64,000 nt of DNA from Candidatus Poseidoniia archaeon. Lineage in GTDB: Archaea > Thermoplasmatota > Poseidoniia > MGIII > CG-Epi1. The notes below the pieces were generated by a model. The model was not told the DNA's origin. It did not search any database and saw only the letters and a list, made by a program, of their open reading frames with translations. Below are positions 47,609 to 55,779 of this stretch, in pieces (position 1 is the stretch's first letter; each line of letters starts with the position of its first letter). The translations under genes were made by a program, and so were the position numbers. The stretch covers positions 78,594-142,593 of the forward strand of contig JASMLC010000003.1 of the NCBI GenBank assembly GCA_030748895.1, read 5' to 3'.

Positions 47609-48057
47609 CCGACCAGCAGCTTGGCGTTGGCGAGCGTGTATTTCCAGTCGTCCGGCAACACGCTGTTGCGCTTGTAGTAGCGCACCAGCCGCAGTATCTT
47701 TGACTCCGTAAGCTGTAGCGCCCGCCGGTTGTGGACATCCTTGGTATTGGCCTCAAGGTGTTCGCCCAGCCGCACCGCCTTGCGCATCAGGTTCGCCAGG
47801 TCCTCAGGGATATCGGGTGCCAGGCCGGCGTCGCGCACCATGGCCGCGACCGCCTTGCCAGTCGCCAGCTTGACGCTGGGGGTGCCGTGTGAATCGCGTA
47901 GCCGCGTGCCGATTTCGGCCGTCGAAAGCCCCTCTTTCGAGAGCTTGCCTACCAGCTCCTCGACCTCTTTCGGTTCGGGAGCCCAGGCTGGGTGCTCGCT
48001 GCGGGGCAGCGCGCTGGAGCCGGAACGGCCTTTCCGTCGGGCATAGATTCGTGCCAT
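47605..48057 (-). CDS. rps15: 30S ribosomal protein S15 (uS15)
   Basis: MARIYARRKGRSGS, IPEDL and LTESKILRLVRYYK. Confidence 0.97.
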   Translation of the reverse strand: MARIYARRKGRSGSSALPRSEHPAWAPEPKEVEELVGKLSKEGLSTAEIGTRLRDSHGTPSVKLATGKAVAAMVRDAGLAPDIPEDLANLMRKAVRLGEHLEANTKDVHNRRALQLTESKILRLVRYYKRNSVLPDDWKYTLANAKLLVG

Positions 48058-48097
48058 AGCTGGAATGTGGGCGGCAGTTAGCCCTCTATTAAAAGAC

Positions 48098-49693
48098 TCA
48101 CACAGCGTAGCCGTAACTCCAGTAGAAAGCGAGCTCGTCGCCAGCGTAGATGCGATAGCAGAACCAGTCTAGCCAGCGGTAGTGGGTGCTGCTGACGATG
48201 GACTCGGGAATGCTGGCGCTGCCGGCTGCCTCGGGAAAGGCGAGGTTCACCAGCGAGAGACTGCGGTCAGCCGAGATGTTCTCGTTGAACTCGTTCCGGT
48301 TTTCCCACGTCCAGAGATGGTCGTGCTGCTCCGTGAAGAGCACGCGCCAGCCAAGGTATTCCAGCTCCATCGCGGCCGAGTCGATAACGCCCTGCGCCAG
48401 CGCATCGGCGTCGCGCGTTGCGACCATCTCCGAATAGGCGTCGACCCGTCGAGTGCGCTTAATGTCGTTGGCCTCGAATAGTTCGCCGTCGGCGTGCGCG
48501 CTGCCCCAGAATGCGGCGGCGATGGTCGGCTCGCGCACATGGTAGCTGTAGCCAGTCTCCGGCCGCTCCATGTGGTCGATGCGGTCGCGCAGGTCGACCG
48601 CGGCCGAGACTCCCGACAGCACGAATAGCGCCGCCACCAGCGCCGCCCGGCCATGACGGGATGGCAGTTCACGCAGCAGCATCTCGGCGCCCGGGCCGAC
48701 CAGCAGCAGCATCCCGGCCAGTAGCAGATAGACAAGGTAGATGCGGTCGAGGGCGACGTAGGCGCCGAGCGCCAGCCACGCCAGCGCCAGCCAGATACCC
48801 AGCGCCGGGCGCCCCTGCTGAAGCGTGCCGCCAGCGCCGAGCAGCGCCAGCAGCAGCAGCGGCCCACCGAGCAAGCCATAATGCACCGCGAGGTTGGCGA
48901 ACCGCACCGGCAGCGTTTCGCCCTCGAAAAGATAGACGCTGAAGAGGCCCTCCGACGGAGCGTAGAGCGTGCCGCCGAGGTAGGAGAGGTAGGCGAGGTA
49001 AATGCCAAGCCCGGCACAGAAGGCGACACCCTGCCGCGCGGCGCGCTCGCGGTCGAGCGCGCCCGCCTGCCAGCGACTGAGCGCCGCCGCGAGCGCGAAC
49101 GCCAGCAGGAAGCCCGGCAGCAGCAGCCCCATGCGGTGGACCGCCGGCAGCGCCAGCCCCAGCGCCAGCGCCAGCGCGGCGAGCCGCTCCGGATGGCGGC
49201 CGTAGCGACGATGCTGGCTGCGTAGCAGCGCCCAGAGGAAGAGCGGCAGCAGCACTACCAGCAGGTAGCGCAGCGAAAGTCGCCAGAGTGCGAAGGTGAT
49301 GAAGCGCGGCGCGACCGCGAACGAGAGCGCCGCCAGCCAGCGTGCCGACGGCGAGACGCCCAGTTCGCCCGCCAGCAGCCACATCCCGGCGACGCCGAGC
49401 AGCGATATGGCGAGCGAGAGCACCAGCGACGACCCTTCGAAACCGAGGCCCGTGGTTTCCTCGAAGGCGGCGGTCAGCGCCAGGTGGCCTCCCGGGGAGG
49501 TGCCGGGGTAGAGCCCGAAATACGCCGCGGGATGGAGCAGCCACTCCATTGCGCCGGCATCGCGCAGCGACGCAACCTGCACGAAATACTCGAAGCTGTC
49601 GCTGCCGGTCGGGCGAGGCGTCAGGGGCCAGCGTAGCAGCAGCGTCACCGCCATCAGGAGTGCGCCCGCAACCCGGGGGAGAGGCCGGCCCAT
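48098..49693 (-). CDS. Multi-pass membrane protein, possibly a GT-C-fold glycosyltransferase
   Basis: About 12 TM helices, GSDSF acidic loop after TM1, YFGLYP motif and a C-terminal soluble domain. Confidence 0.55.
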   Translation of the reverse strand: MGRPLPRVAGALLMAVTLLLRWPLTPRPTGSDSFEYFVQVASLRDAGAMEWLLHPAAYFGLYPGTSPGGHLALTAAFEETTGLGFEGSSLVLSLAISLLGVAGMWLLAGELGVSPSARWLAALSFAVAPRFITFALWRLSLRYLLVVLLPLFLWALLRSQHRRYGRHPERLAALALALGLALPAVHRMGLLLPGFLLAFALAAALSRWQAGALDRERAARQGVAFCAGLGIYLAYLSYLGGTLYAPSEGLFSVYLFEGETLPVRFANLAVHYGLLGGPLLLLALLGAGGTLQQGRPALGIWLALAWLALGAYVALDRIYLVYLLLAGMLLLVGPGAEMLLRELPSRHGRAALVAALFVLSGVSAAVDLRDRIDHMERPETGYSYHVREPTIAAAFWGSAHADGELFEANDIKRTRRVDAYSEMVATRDADALAQGVIDSAAMELEYLGWRVLFTEQHDHLWTWENRNEFNENISADRSLSLVNLAFPEAAGSASIPESIVSSTHYRWLDWFCYRIYAGDELAFYWSYGYAV

Positions 49694-49824
49694 GGCGGTG
49701 CAGCCAGCGCGTGCTAAAAGCGGCTGCTGCGCCACGCAGCCTTTCAGTCACCAGCGCTGCAACGCTTCTCAATATCATTATATAGGGTAAGCCGTCCTCA
49801 CAGGCGACCTGACCGGAGGTTACG

Positions 49825-50520
49825 GTGGCTCTTCGAAAAAGACGTAATTTCGGACTGATTTTCGCATTGCTTTCAGCCGCACTCCTGACGGGCGGAAGCG
49901 CATTCGGGTATTCCGGAGGCGGTGACGCCGGCGGCGATGACTGGGCTGCTGACGTGATGCTCCATGGTTGCAACTGCCACAATCCCGACCAGAGCGGAAC
50001 TGGCCTCTGGTCGCTCGAGAACTTCCCGGCGCGCTACGAACCGGGAGCGACTTACAACCTGACGCTCACGATTGCAGACAGCGGCGTCAGTGACGCTGCC
50101 GACCCGGCAGCGGCGGGCGGCTTCCTGATGCGCGTCACCAACGGCAGCTTCGAGGGCGGCACCGATTTCTGGGTGAACGACGATAGTCGCATGCTCTCGC
50201 ACAACGCCGATTCGGATGACCAGCGCAACTGGACTGTGGCGTGGACTGCGCCCGAGGAGGGCAGCGGCGACGCAGTGCTGACCGTCTACTTCAACGTCGT
50301 CAACGGTGAGAACGGCAACGATCCCGGCGACGGCTGGACCCGGCTCGTAGCAGTCTCGCTCGGGACGCCGCAGGCGCTGGAGGACGAAGTGGGTATCCAC
50401 GAACTGGGGGTCAGCCTGAAACAGTACTGGATTGGGCTTATCGGTATCGGCATCACGATGGTCTTCGTGCTGCTGGCGTACATCGTACTACGAGGGGGGA
50501 GCGCCAATTACCGGGGTTAA
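49825..50520 (+). CDS. Membrane-anchored Reeler/choice-of-anchor-V-like protein with a CxCH motif
   Basis: Signal peptide; HGCNCH; FPARYEPGATYNLTL; GGF; WTAP; NVVNG; C-terminal TM. Confidence 0.72.
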   Translation: MALRKRRNFGLIFALLSAALLTGGSAFGYSGGGDAGGDDWAADVMLHGCNCHNPDQSGTGLWSLENFPARYEPGATYNLTLTIADSGVSDAADPAAAGGFLMRVTNGSFEGGTDFWVNDDSRMLSHNADSDDQRNWTVAWTAPEEGSGDAVLTVYFNVVNGENGNDPGDGWTRLVAVSLGTPQALEDEVGIHELGVSLKQYWIGLIGIGITMVFVLLAYIVLRGGSANYRG

Positions 50521-50872
50521 CGAAATCCTCGAGCAGGTGGCTCGCGGCGAGCTGACGCAGGCGGACGCGCAGAAGCTGCTCGGCACCCGCGGTGACGAGC
50601 AGCTCGGCGCCATCCGGCACGAGACGCCGGCGCCGGAGCAGCTCTCGATTTTTGCAATTATCATGCTGCTGATGGTGGTGCAACTGCTCTACGACGCGCT
50701 CTTCATCTACGGACTGCTCGAGGGGTGGGACCAGACTTTCCTCTCGTTCATCATCGGAATGGCGATGCTGACGTTCGGGCTGATGCTCGACCTCTACCGC
50801 CGCAGCTTCCTGCCCGACGTACTTGAGACCAAGCGCCGCCGCGACAAGGTCGTGCCGCGGCTGGAGCGATAG
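50507..50872 (+). CDS. Small two-TM membrane protein of the Rieske operon (start uncertain)
   Basis: EILEQVARGELTQADAQKLL motif followed by two TM helices; stop abuts the Rieske ATG; possible ATT start after GAGGGGGGA. Confidence 0.6.
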   Translation: MTGVNEILEQVARGELTQADAQKLLGTRGDEQLGAIRHETPAPEQLSIFAIIMLLMVVQLLYDALFIYGLLEGWDQTFLSFIIGMAMLTFGLMLDLYRRSFLPDVLETKRRRDKVVPRLER

Positions 50873-51547
50873 ATGGCGGTCACGCGACGCGACTTCCTGA
50901 AAGGCGCGCTGGCGCTTGCCGGCAGCGGCCTTGGCGGTGCGCTGGCAGTGCCGGGACTCAAGACGCTGCTGCCGCCACCGGTAACGCACTGCAACCCAGA
51001 CGAGGTGCATGACACGCTGCTCTACAAGGAGCGGGAGCCGGGAACGTGGTACGAGCCGATGGCGGGCAACGTGGCGCGCAAGGAGGACTTCGCGCTGAAC
51101 CAGTCGGCAATGGTAACCTGGGCGCCGAAGGAACTGGAAGCGGAGCTGGGGAGCTGCGAAGCCGTGCTGACGCTGGTGAAGGTCCCGACCGAGGATTCGA
51201 TGGCCGAATGGGGTATCCCTGATGACAGTGGCAACACGATGATGATGGCGTACAACACCTACAAGTGCCCGCACCTCTGCTGCAAGCCTGTTTTCAAGGA
51301 CGAGGGCATCGGCATCAGCGGAGATTCGTACGAGAATATGTTCCTCTGCCCGTGCCACCTGAGCCGCTTTGACCCGCTCTCGATTGTCGAGAACATCGAT
51401 GAGAAAGGACGGCCGGTAATGGTCGCTGAACTGGTCGAGGGGCCGTCGCCATATGGGTTACCGATTGTGCCAATCATCGAACGTGACGGCGGACTGGTGG
51501 GGAGAACAGATAAGCTGGAATGGCTGAAATATTGTGGACAGGGATGA
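50873..51547 (+). CDS. Rieske [2Fe-2S] protein of a Rieske/cytochrome b complex
   Basis: Tat signal TRRDFLK; boxes CPHLCC and CPCHLSRF; GPSPYGLP loop. Confidence 0.93.
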   Translation: MAVTRRDFLKGALALAGSGLGGALAVPGLKTLLPPPVTHCNPDEVHDTLLYKEREPGTWYEPMAGNVARKEDFALNQSAMVTWAPKELEAELGSCEAVLTLVKVPTEDSMAEWGIPDDSGNTMMMAYNTYKCPHLCCKPVFKDEGIGISGDSYENMFLCPCHLSRFDPLSIVENIDEKGRPVMVAELVEGPSPYGLPIVPIIERDGGLVGRTDKLEWLKYCGQG

Positions 51548-52491
51548 GAACTATAACAGCGGCTGCAACCGCCCTGGCGCTGCTCGCGCTGGCCGGGAGC
51601 GCCCGCGCCGAGACACCTCTGCTGGAGGAGTTCATGCGCGAGTACACCTTCCTGCTGATATTCCTCTCACTGGTCGGGGCGGTAGCCGGCTTCGTCTTCC
51701 TGTGGGCGACCGGGGCGCTGCCGCAGGTGCTGCTGCTGACCTGGGTCTGGCTCGATGAGCGGTTCGCATTACGGCGCTACGCCAGCCTGGCGCGGCGCGA
51801 ATACTACTCGGTGGTCTTCACGCTGCTCCCGGCGAGCGGTCGCACCTTCCCGCAGTCGCACACCGAACGGTACAACGTCAAGGCGGTCTGGTACTGGTAT
51901 CCCTTCTACTGCCTCGGCGGGCTCTCATTTCTGGCATTCATCATCCTGACGATTACCGGCATCTACCTCGGCTTTTACTATGTCCCTGACGGGGATTTTG
52001 TTGAGGACCCTGCGACCGGCGAGATGACTTCCGGCGCATATGAATCGATGGAGCTGATTATGACTGAGGTGAGTTTCGGCTACATCATGCGCGCGGTGCA
52101 CCACTGGGCGGCGCACTTCATGGTCGCTGCGGTATTCCTGCACATGATGCGGGTCTACTTCGTGGGGGCGTACCGCAACCCGCGCGAGCTGAACTGGATA
52201 CTCGGTTCAATCCTGCTGCTGGTGACCATTTTCTTCGGCTACACCGGCTACCTGCTGCCGTGGGACGAGCTGGGCTTCGCCGCCGGCTCAATCGGCCTCG
52301 AGATGGCGACCTCGATTCCGCAGATGGGGCCGCTGATAGCGCAAATCGTCTTCGGCGGGACACAGCTCACCGGCGCGACCGTGCTGCGGATGTACTGGCT
52401 GCACGTCTTCGTGCTGCCGGCGGTCGGCATCGCGCTGATGATACTGCACATGGCCATAGTCTGGATACAGGGGGAGGCGGAGCCGCACTAA
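51544..52491 (+). CDS. petB: Cytochrome b6-type subunit
   Basis: YCLGG; heme His pairs in HHWAAHFMVAAVFLH and HVFVLPAVGIALMILH; RNPRELNW; GYTGYLLPW; split from subunit IV. Confidence 0.92.
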   Translation: MRTITAAATALALLALAGSARAETPLLEEFMREYTFLLIFLSLVGAVAGFVFLWATGALPQVLLLTWVWLDERFALRRYASLARREYYSVVFTLLPASGRTFPQSHTERYNVKAVWYWYPFYCLGGLSFLAFIILTITGIYLGFYYVPDGDFVEDPATGEMTSGAYESMELIMTEVSFGYIMRAVHHWAAHFMVAAVFLHMMRVYFVGAYRNPRELNWILGSILLLVTIFFGYTGYLLPWDELGFAAGSIGLEMATSIPQMGPLIAQIVFGGTQLTGATVLRMYWLHVFVLPAVGIALMILHMAIVWIQGEAEPH

Positions 52492-53549
52492 TGGACGATA
52501 TCGAGACACTGATTAGTGAGTACCAGCAGGAACGGCAGGCCGATGATGCGGTGGAGCGCATCGGGCGCAAGACCGAGTTCACGGGTGAAACCCCGCGGCA
52601 GGCCCACTCGGCGCTTGAGGCGTCACACACCAAGGGCGAGCCGCTCTATCCACACGAATTGCTGCGCGACAGCGTGCTCACGCTCTATGTCACCTCGGCA
52701 CTCTTTTTCCTGTCGGCTTTCGTCCCGCCGCCGCTGCACAAAGCGGCCGACCCGGCCGCCGCGACCGCTTTCCCGCCGCCGCTGCCTGACTGGTACCTAC
52801 TCTGGGCGTTCGGCTGCCTGAAGGTGGCGTGGGATATCGAGTTCACGATTTTCGGCCACCACTTCTTCCTGATGACTGCCAAGGTGTGGGGAACGCTGGT
52901 GCAGGGGCTTATCGTGGGACTGGTCGTCGCGGTGCCATTCATCGACCGCGCTCTGGGATATCTCATCGACCCCGGGCCCAAAGAGGGAATTATGGACGTC
53001 CTGAACAGCGGCCACGCGCGACGACCCATCGAGGACCCCGTCCGCGCCGCAATCGGCGTCTGGGGCATTGCCTTCGTCGTGATGCTTTCCATCTACTCCA
53101 TCAACGCCAACATCGCGCTCTACTACCCCGCCATCACGACATCCGTGCTGGCGCAGGTGACGCTGTGGGGGCCGCTCGCGTGCGGCGGGCTGACCTATCT
53201 CTGGCTCGACCGGCGCCGCGCCGAAGGGGCGCGGCCGCTCAGCGACGAGGAGCGCTTCGAGCTCTACCGCGACGGGATTGCCAGCCGCCGCATGCAGCGC
53301 ATCTACGAGTTCAAGCTCAACCGCTGCTACCAGTGCGGCCTCTGCGACGACATCTGCCCGGTGCGCACCAACGAGGGCGAGGAGGAGCTGAACATTATCT
53401 TCAACACTTTCCAGAACGAGCACGACGGCGTCGCGAAATGGTCGTGCATCACCTGCGGGATGTGCACCGCCATCTGCCCGCAGAACATCGAATACGTGGA
53501 TTACGTCCTCGAGCAGCGCGCAATAGCGCTGCAAGGAGCCGCAACATGA
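52491..53549 (+). CDS. Cytochrome b6 subunit IV fused to an HdrC-like 2x[4Fe-4S] domain
   Basis: PLYPHELLRD, ADP, PDWY (PEWY variant) and VPFIDR; C-terminal CYQCGLCDDICP and WSCITCGMCTAICP. Confidence 0.88.
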   Translation: MDDIETLISEYQQERQADDAVERIGRKTEFTGETPRQAHSALEASHTKGEPLYPHELLRDSVLTLYVTSALFFLSAFVPPPLHKAADPAAATAFPPPLPDWYLLWAFGCLKVAWDIEFTIFGHHFFLMTAKVWGTLVQGLIVGLVVAVPFIDRALGYLIDPGPKEGIMDVLNSGHARRPIEDPVRAAIGVWGIAFVVMLSIYSINANIALYYPAITTSVLAQVTLWGPLACGGLTYLWLDRRRAEGARPLSDEERFELYRDGIASRRMQRIYEFKLNRCYQCGLCDDICPVRTNEGEEELNIIFNTFQNEHDGVAKWSCITCGMCTAICPQNIEYVDYVLEQRAIALQGAAT

Positions 53550-54430
53550 GTCGCACCGAACCCTACGCCCGCACCATCCCGCACCCGCTCTTCGAGCGCA
53601 TGATAATCAACGACGCCGGTACGCCCGACGAGGCGCCGTGGCAGCCCGAGCGGCAGCACGAATACGGCTACTTCCCCGGTTGCGTCGACTTCATGGATGT
53701 CGAAGTCAAGTTTTCGCACCTCAACAAGGGCGACGCCGACCACGCCTCGATTGCCGCCGCGGCTATCAAGCTGATGAACGCCGCCGGTATCGACCCGCTG
53801 ATTCTCGACATGAACTCGTTCAAGTGCTGCGGGCACGACCCGCTCTGGCAAGGCCAACTGGAGGTCTTCGACGAATTGAAGGCGCACAACCTGCGGCGCA
53901 TGCAGGAGAGTGGCATCCGCACGCTGGTCGTCACCTGCGCTGAAGGCTACCGCACCTTCGCGGTCGACTACGACCTGCCCGGCCAAGGCATCCAGGTCGA
54001 GCACATCACGCAGACGTTGCGCGGGCGCGGGTTGAAGTTCAAGTCGCCCGAACCGGTGCGCGTCACCTTCCATGACCCGTGCCGCCTCGGCCGCATGATG
54101 GGCGAATACGACGCGCCGCGCGACCTTATCCAATTGGTGGACGGCGCCGAGATGGTCGAGCTGGAGAACAGCCGCGAGAAGGCGCTCTGCTGCGGCGTTT
54201 CGTCGATGATGTATTGCAATGACGCGACCAAGGCGGTGCGCAAGAAACGGCTCGATCAGGGCACCGACGCCGAAATCCAGGTGATGCTGGGCGGCTGTCC
54301 CAAGTGCTACATGCACATGCAGTGCATGCTCAACGAAGAGCGCATGGACCCCGGCGAGCACAACCACGCGTTCGAGATGCTGGACCTGATGCAGTTCCTC
54401 TCCGCCTGCCTCGTCGAGGAAGCCGCCTGA
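53546..54430 (+). CDS. CCG-domain Fe-S protein (HdrD/HdrB/GlpC-like)
   Basis: YFPGC, KCCG, TCAEG, FHDPCRLGR, LCCG and GCPKC; ATGA overlap with the upstream gene. Confidence 0.88.
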   Translation: MSRTEPYARTIPHPLFERMIINDAGTPDEAPWQPERQHEYGYFPGCVDFMDVEVKFSHLNKGDADHASIAAAAIKLMNAAGIDPLILDMNSFKCCGHDPLWQGQLEVFDELKAHNLRRMQESGIRTLVVTCAEGYRTFAVDYDLPGQGIQVEHITQTLRGRGLKFKSPEPVRVTFHDPCRLGRMMGEYDAPRDLIQLVDGAEMVELENSREKALCCGVSSMMYCNDATKAVRKKRLDQGTDAEIQVMLGGCPKCYMHMQCMLNEERMDPGEHNHAFEMLDLMQFLSACLVEEAA

Positions 54431-55269
54431 TGGCTGGCATCGACCGACAATACCTTTCCGCCTGGAAGCAGGCCGCGACGCACGACGGCGACAGCGAGCC
54501 GGTGCAAATCTGGACGGAGGATGGCAGCTACGGCGGCCTCGACTCGGGCAAGCTGGGAATCTGGGGCACCGTCGTCGGCGTCGATTTCGACATGTGCATC
54601 GCCGACGGGGCGTGCATCGACGCCTGCCCGGTCGACGTCTACGAGTGGCTCGAGACGCCGGGCCACGCCGCGTCGGACAGGAAGGCATTCATGGTGCGCG
54701 AGCCGGACTGCATCGTCTGTCGTGCCTGTGAGGAAGCGTGCCCAGTTGATGCGGTACTCATCACTGCTCCGGGCGACGTCGAGGCTGCGATAGCGGGCGC
54801 GGACACCGCATCCGCCCCGGCCGTTGCGGAAGCGGCCGTCACTGAGAGCGAAGCCCCGGCCGAAGCCGCCGTAGCGGCCGAACCGACGAACGCGGCGCTG
54901 GCGTGGGAGCCGAAGTCCGACGGCTGGCTACAGCGCGTGAAGGCGTCGCTGGTGGACGCCGACCTGCCCGATACCGGACTGGCGAAGGCGAAGCCGCTCT
55001 TCAAGGAGCTGCGCAAGGAAAGGCTCGATTCACTTACGCGCGGCAAGGAGTTCATGGCGCTGGTGCACAACGAGAAGTGCATCGGCTGCACGCAGTGCGT
55101 CTACTTCTGCAACTTCGCATCTATTGACATGATTGGATGGGAGCTAGAGACTCGCACCGGCGCGTTCGAATCGAAAAAGGCACTGATTGTCGAGGATACC
55201 TGCACCGGCTGCACCCTCTGCGTCTTTGCCTGCCCCGTCGAAGCAATCACGATGGAAGCGCGGGCGTGA
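54430..55269 (+). CDS. Two-domain polyferredoxin (Sulfolobus/Thermoplasma-type 7Fe ferredoxin plus a 2x[4Fe-4S] domain)
   Basis: GID...KLGIWGTVVGVDFDMCIADGACIDACP...PGH.AS..KA...CIVCRACEEACP; Ala/Glu/Pro linker; CIGCTQCVYFC and CTGCTLCVFACP. Confidence 0.9.
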   Translation: MAGIDRQYLSAWKQAATHDGDSEPVQIWTEDGSYGGLDSGKLGIWGTVVGVDFDMCIADGACIDACPVDVYEWLETPGHAASDRKAFMVREPDCIVCRACEEACPVDAVLITAPGDVEAAIAGADTASAPAVAEAAVTESEAPAEAAVAAEPTNAALAWEPKSDGWLQRVKASLVDADLPDTGLAKAKPLFKELRKERLDSLTRGKEFMALVHNEKCIGCTQCVYFCNFASIDMIGWELETRTGAFESKKALIVEDTCTGCTLCVFACPVEAITMEARA

Positions 55270-55751
55270 GCCCCGCTGCGTCAGATAACCTGAAGCTGCG
55301 CTACTCCATCATCGCTACGACCTGGCTACTAGTAGTATGGCTTGCGCTAATCGCAACGCGCTCAGGTGATCCCGGCTTTGGGCAGGTCTCGTTCATCTTG
55401 CTCGGCGCACTCATTACCTGGGTCGTGTTGCGCGCCTGGCCACCTCCAATGGTCGAGCCGCCCCCGGCCAAAATCGAAATCGAGACGCCGCTCGACGCCC
55501 CGGAGGGAGGCATCAGCGAGAACGGCTACCGGCGGCTGACCTGGGCGACGATGATACTCGCCACCGGCTGCGTCGCGGTCTTCCTGGAGTGGCTGATACA
55601 GGCGCGCTTCGCCGCCGCGCTGGGGATGCTGCTGCTCGGCAGCGTCATCGCGGTGCTGCCGCTCGTCATCCCGGTGCGCGAGACCGAGGCGACCATTCGG
55701 CGCCTTGCGAAGCGCAAGCGGCGCAAGGCGTGGCGCCGGCGCGAGCAATAG
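55266..55751 (+). CDS. Four-TM membrane protein, last gene of the Rieske operon
   Basis: GTGA overlap with the ferredoxin; four hydrophobic segments; basic C-terminus. Confidence 0.65.
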   Translation: MSPAASDNLKLRYSIIATTWLLVVWLALIATRSGDPGFGQVSFILLGALITWVVLRAWPPPMVEPPPAKIEIETPLDAPEGGISENGYRRLTWATMILATGCVAVFLEWLIQARFAAALGMLLLGSVIAVLPLVIPVRETEATIRRLAKRKRRKAWRRREQ

Positions 55752-55779
55752 CCCTAATCACTCGGCCCGCTGGCGCGCC

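Noticed and set aside
52829-53545. N-terminal extension of the CCG protein as given in the ORF track (also the extensions at 54304, 52260, 34978-35508 and 57347)
   Set aside because: They overlap upstream genes; internal starts with ATGA/TAATG/TGATG coupling or short spacing fit better.
53546-54430. Evidence of methanogenesis from the Hdr-like gene
   Set aside because: CCG domains are widespread outside methanogens; no mcr, hdrA or mvh genes occur here, and the context is a quinol-oxidising complex.
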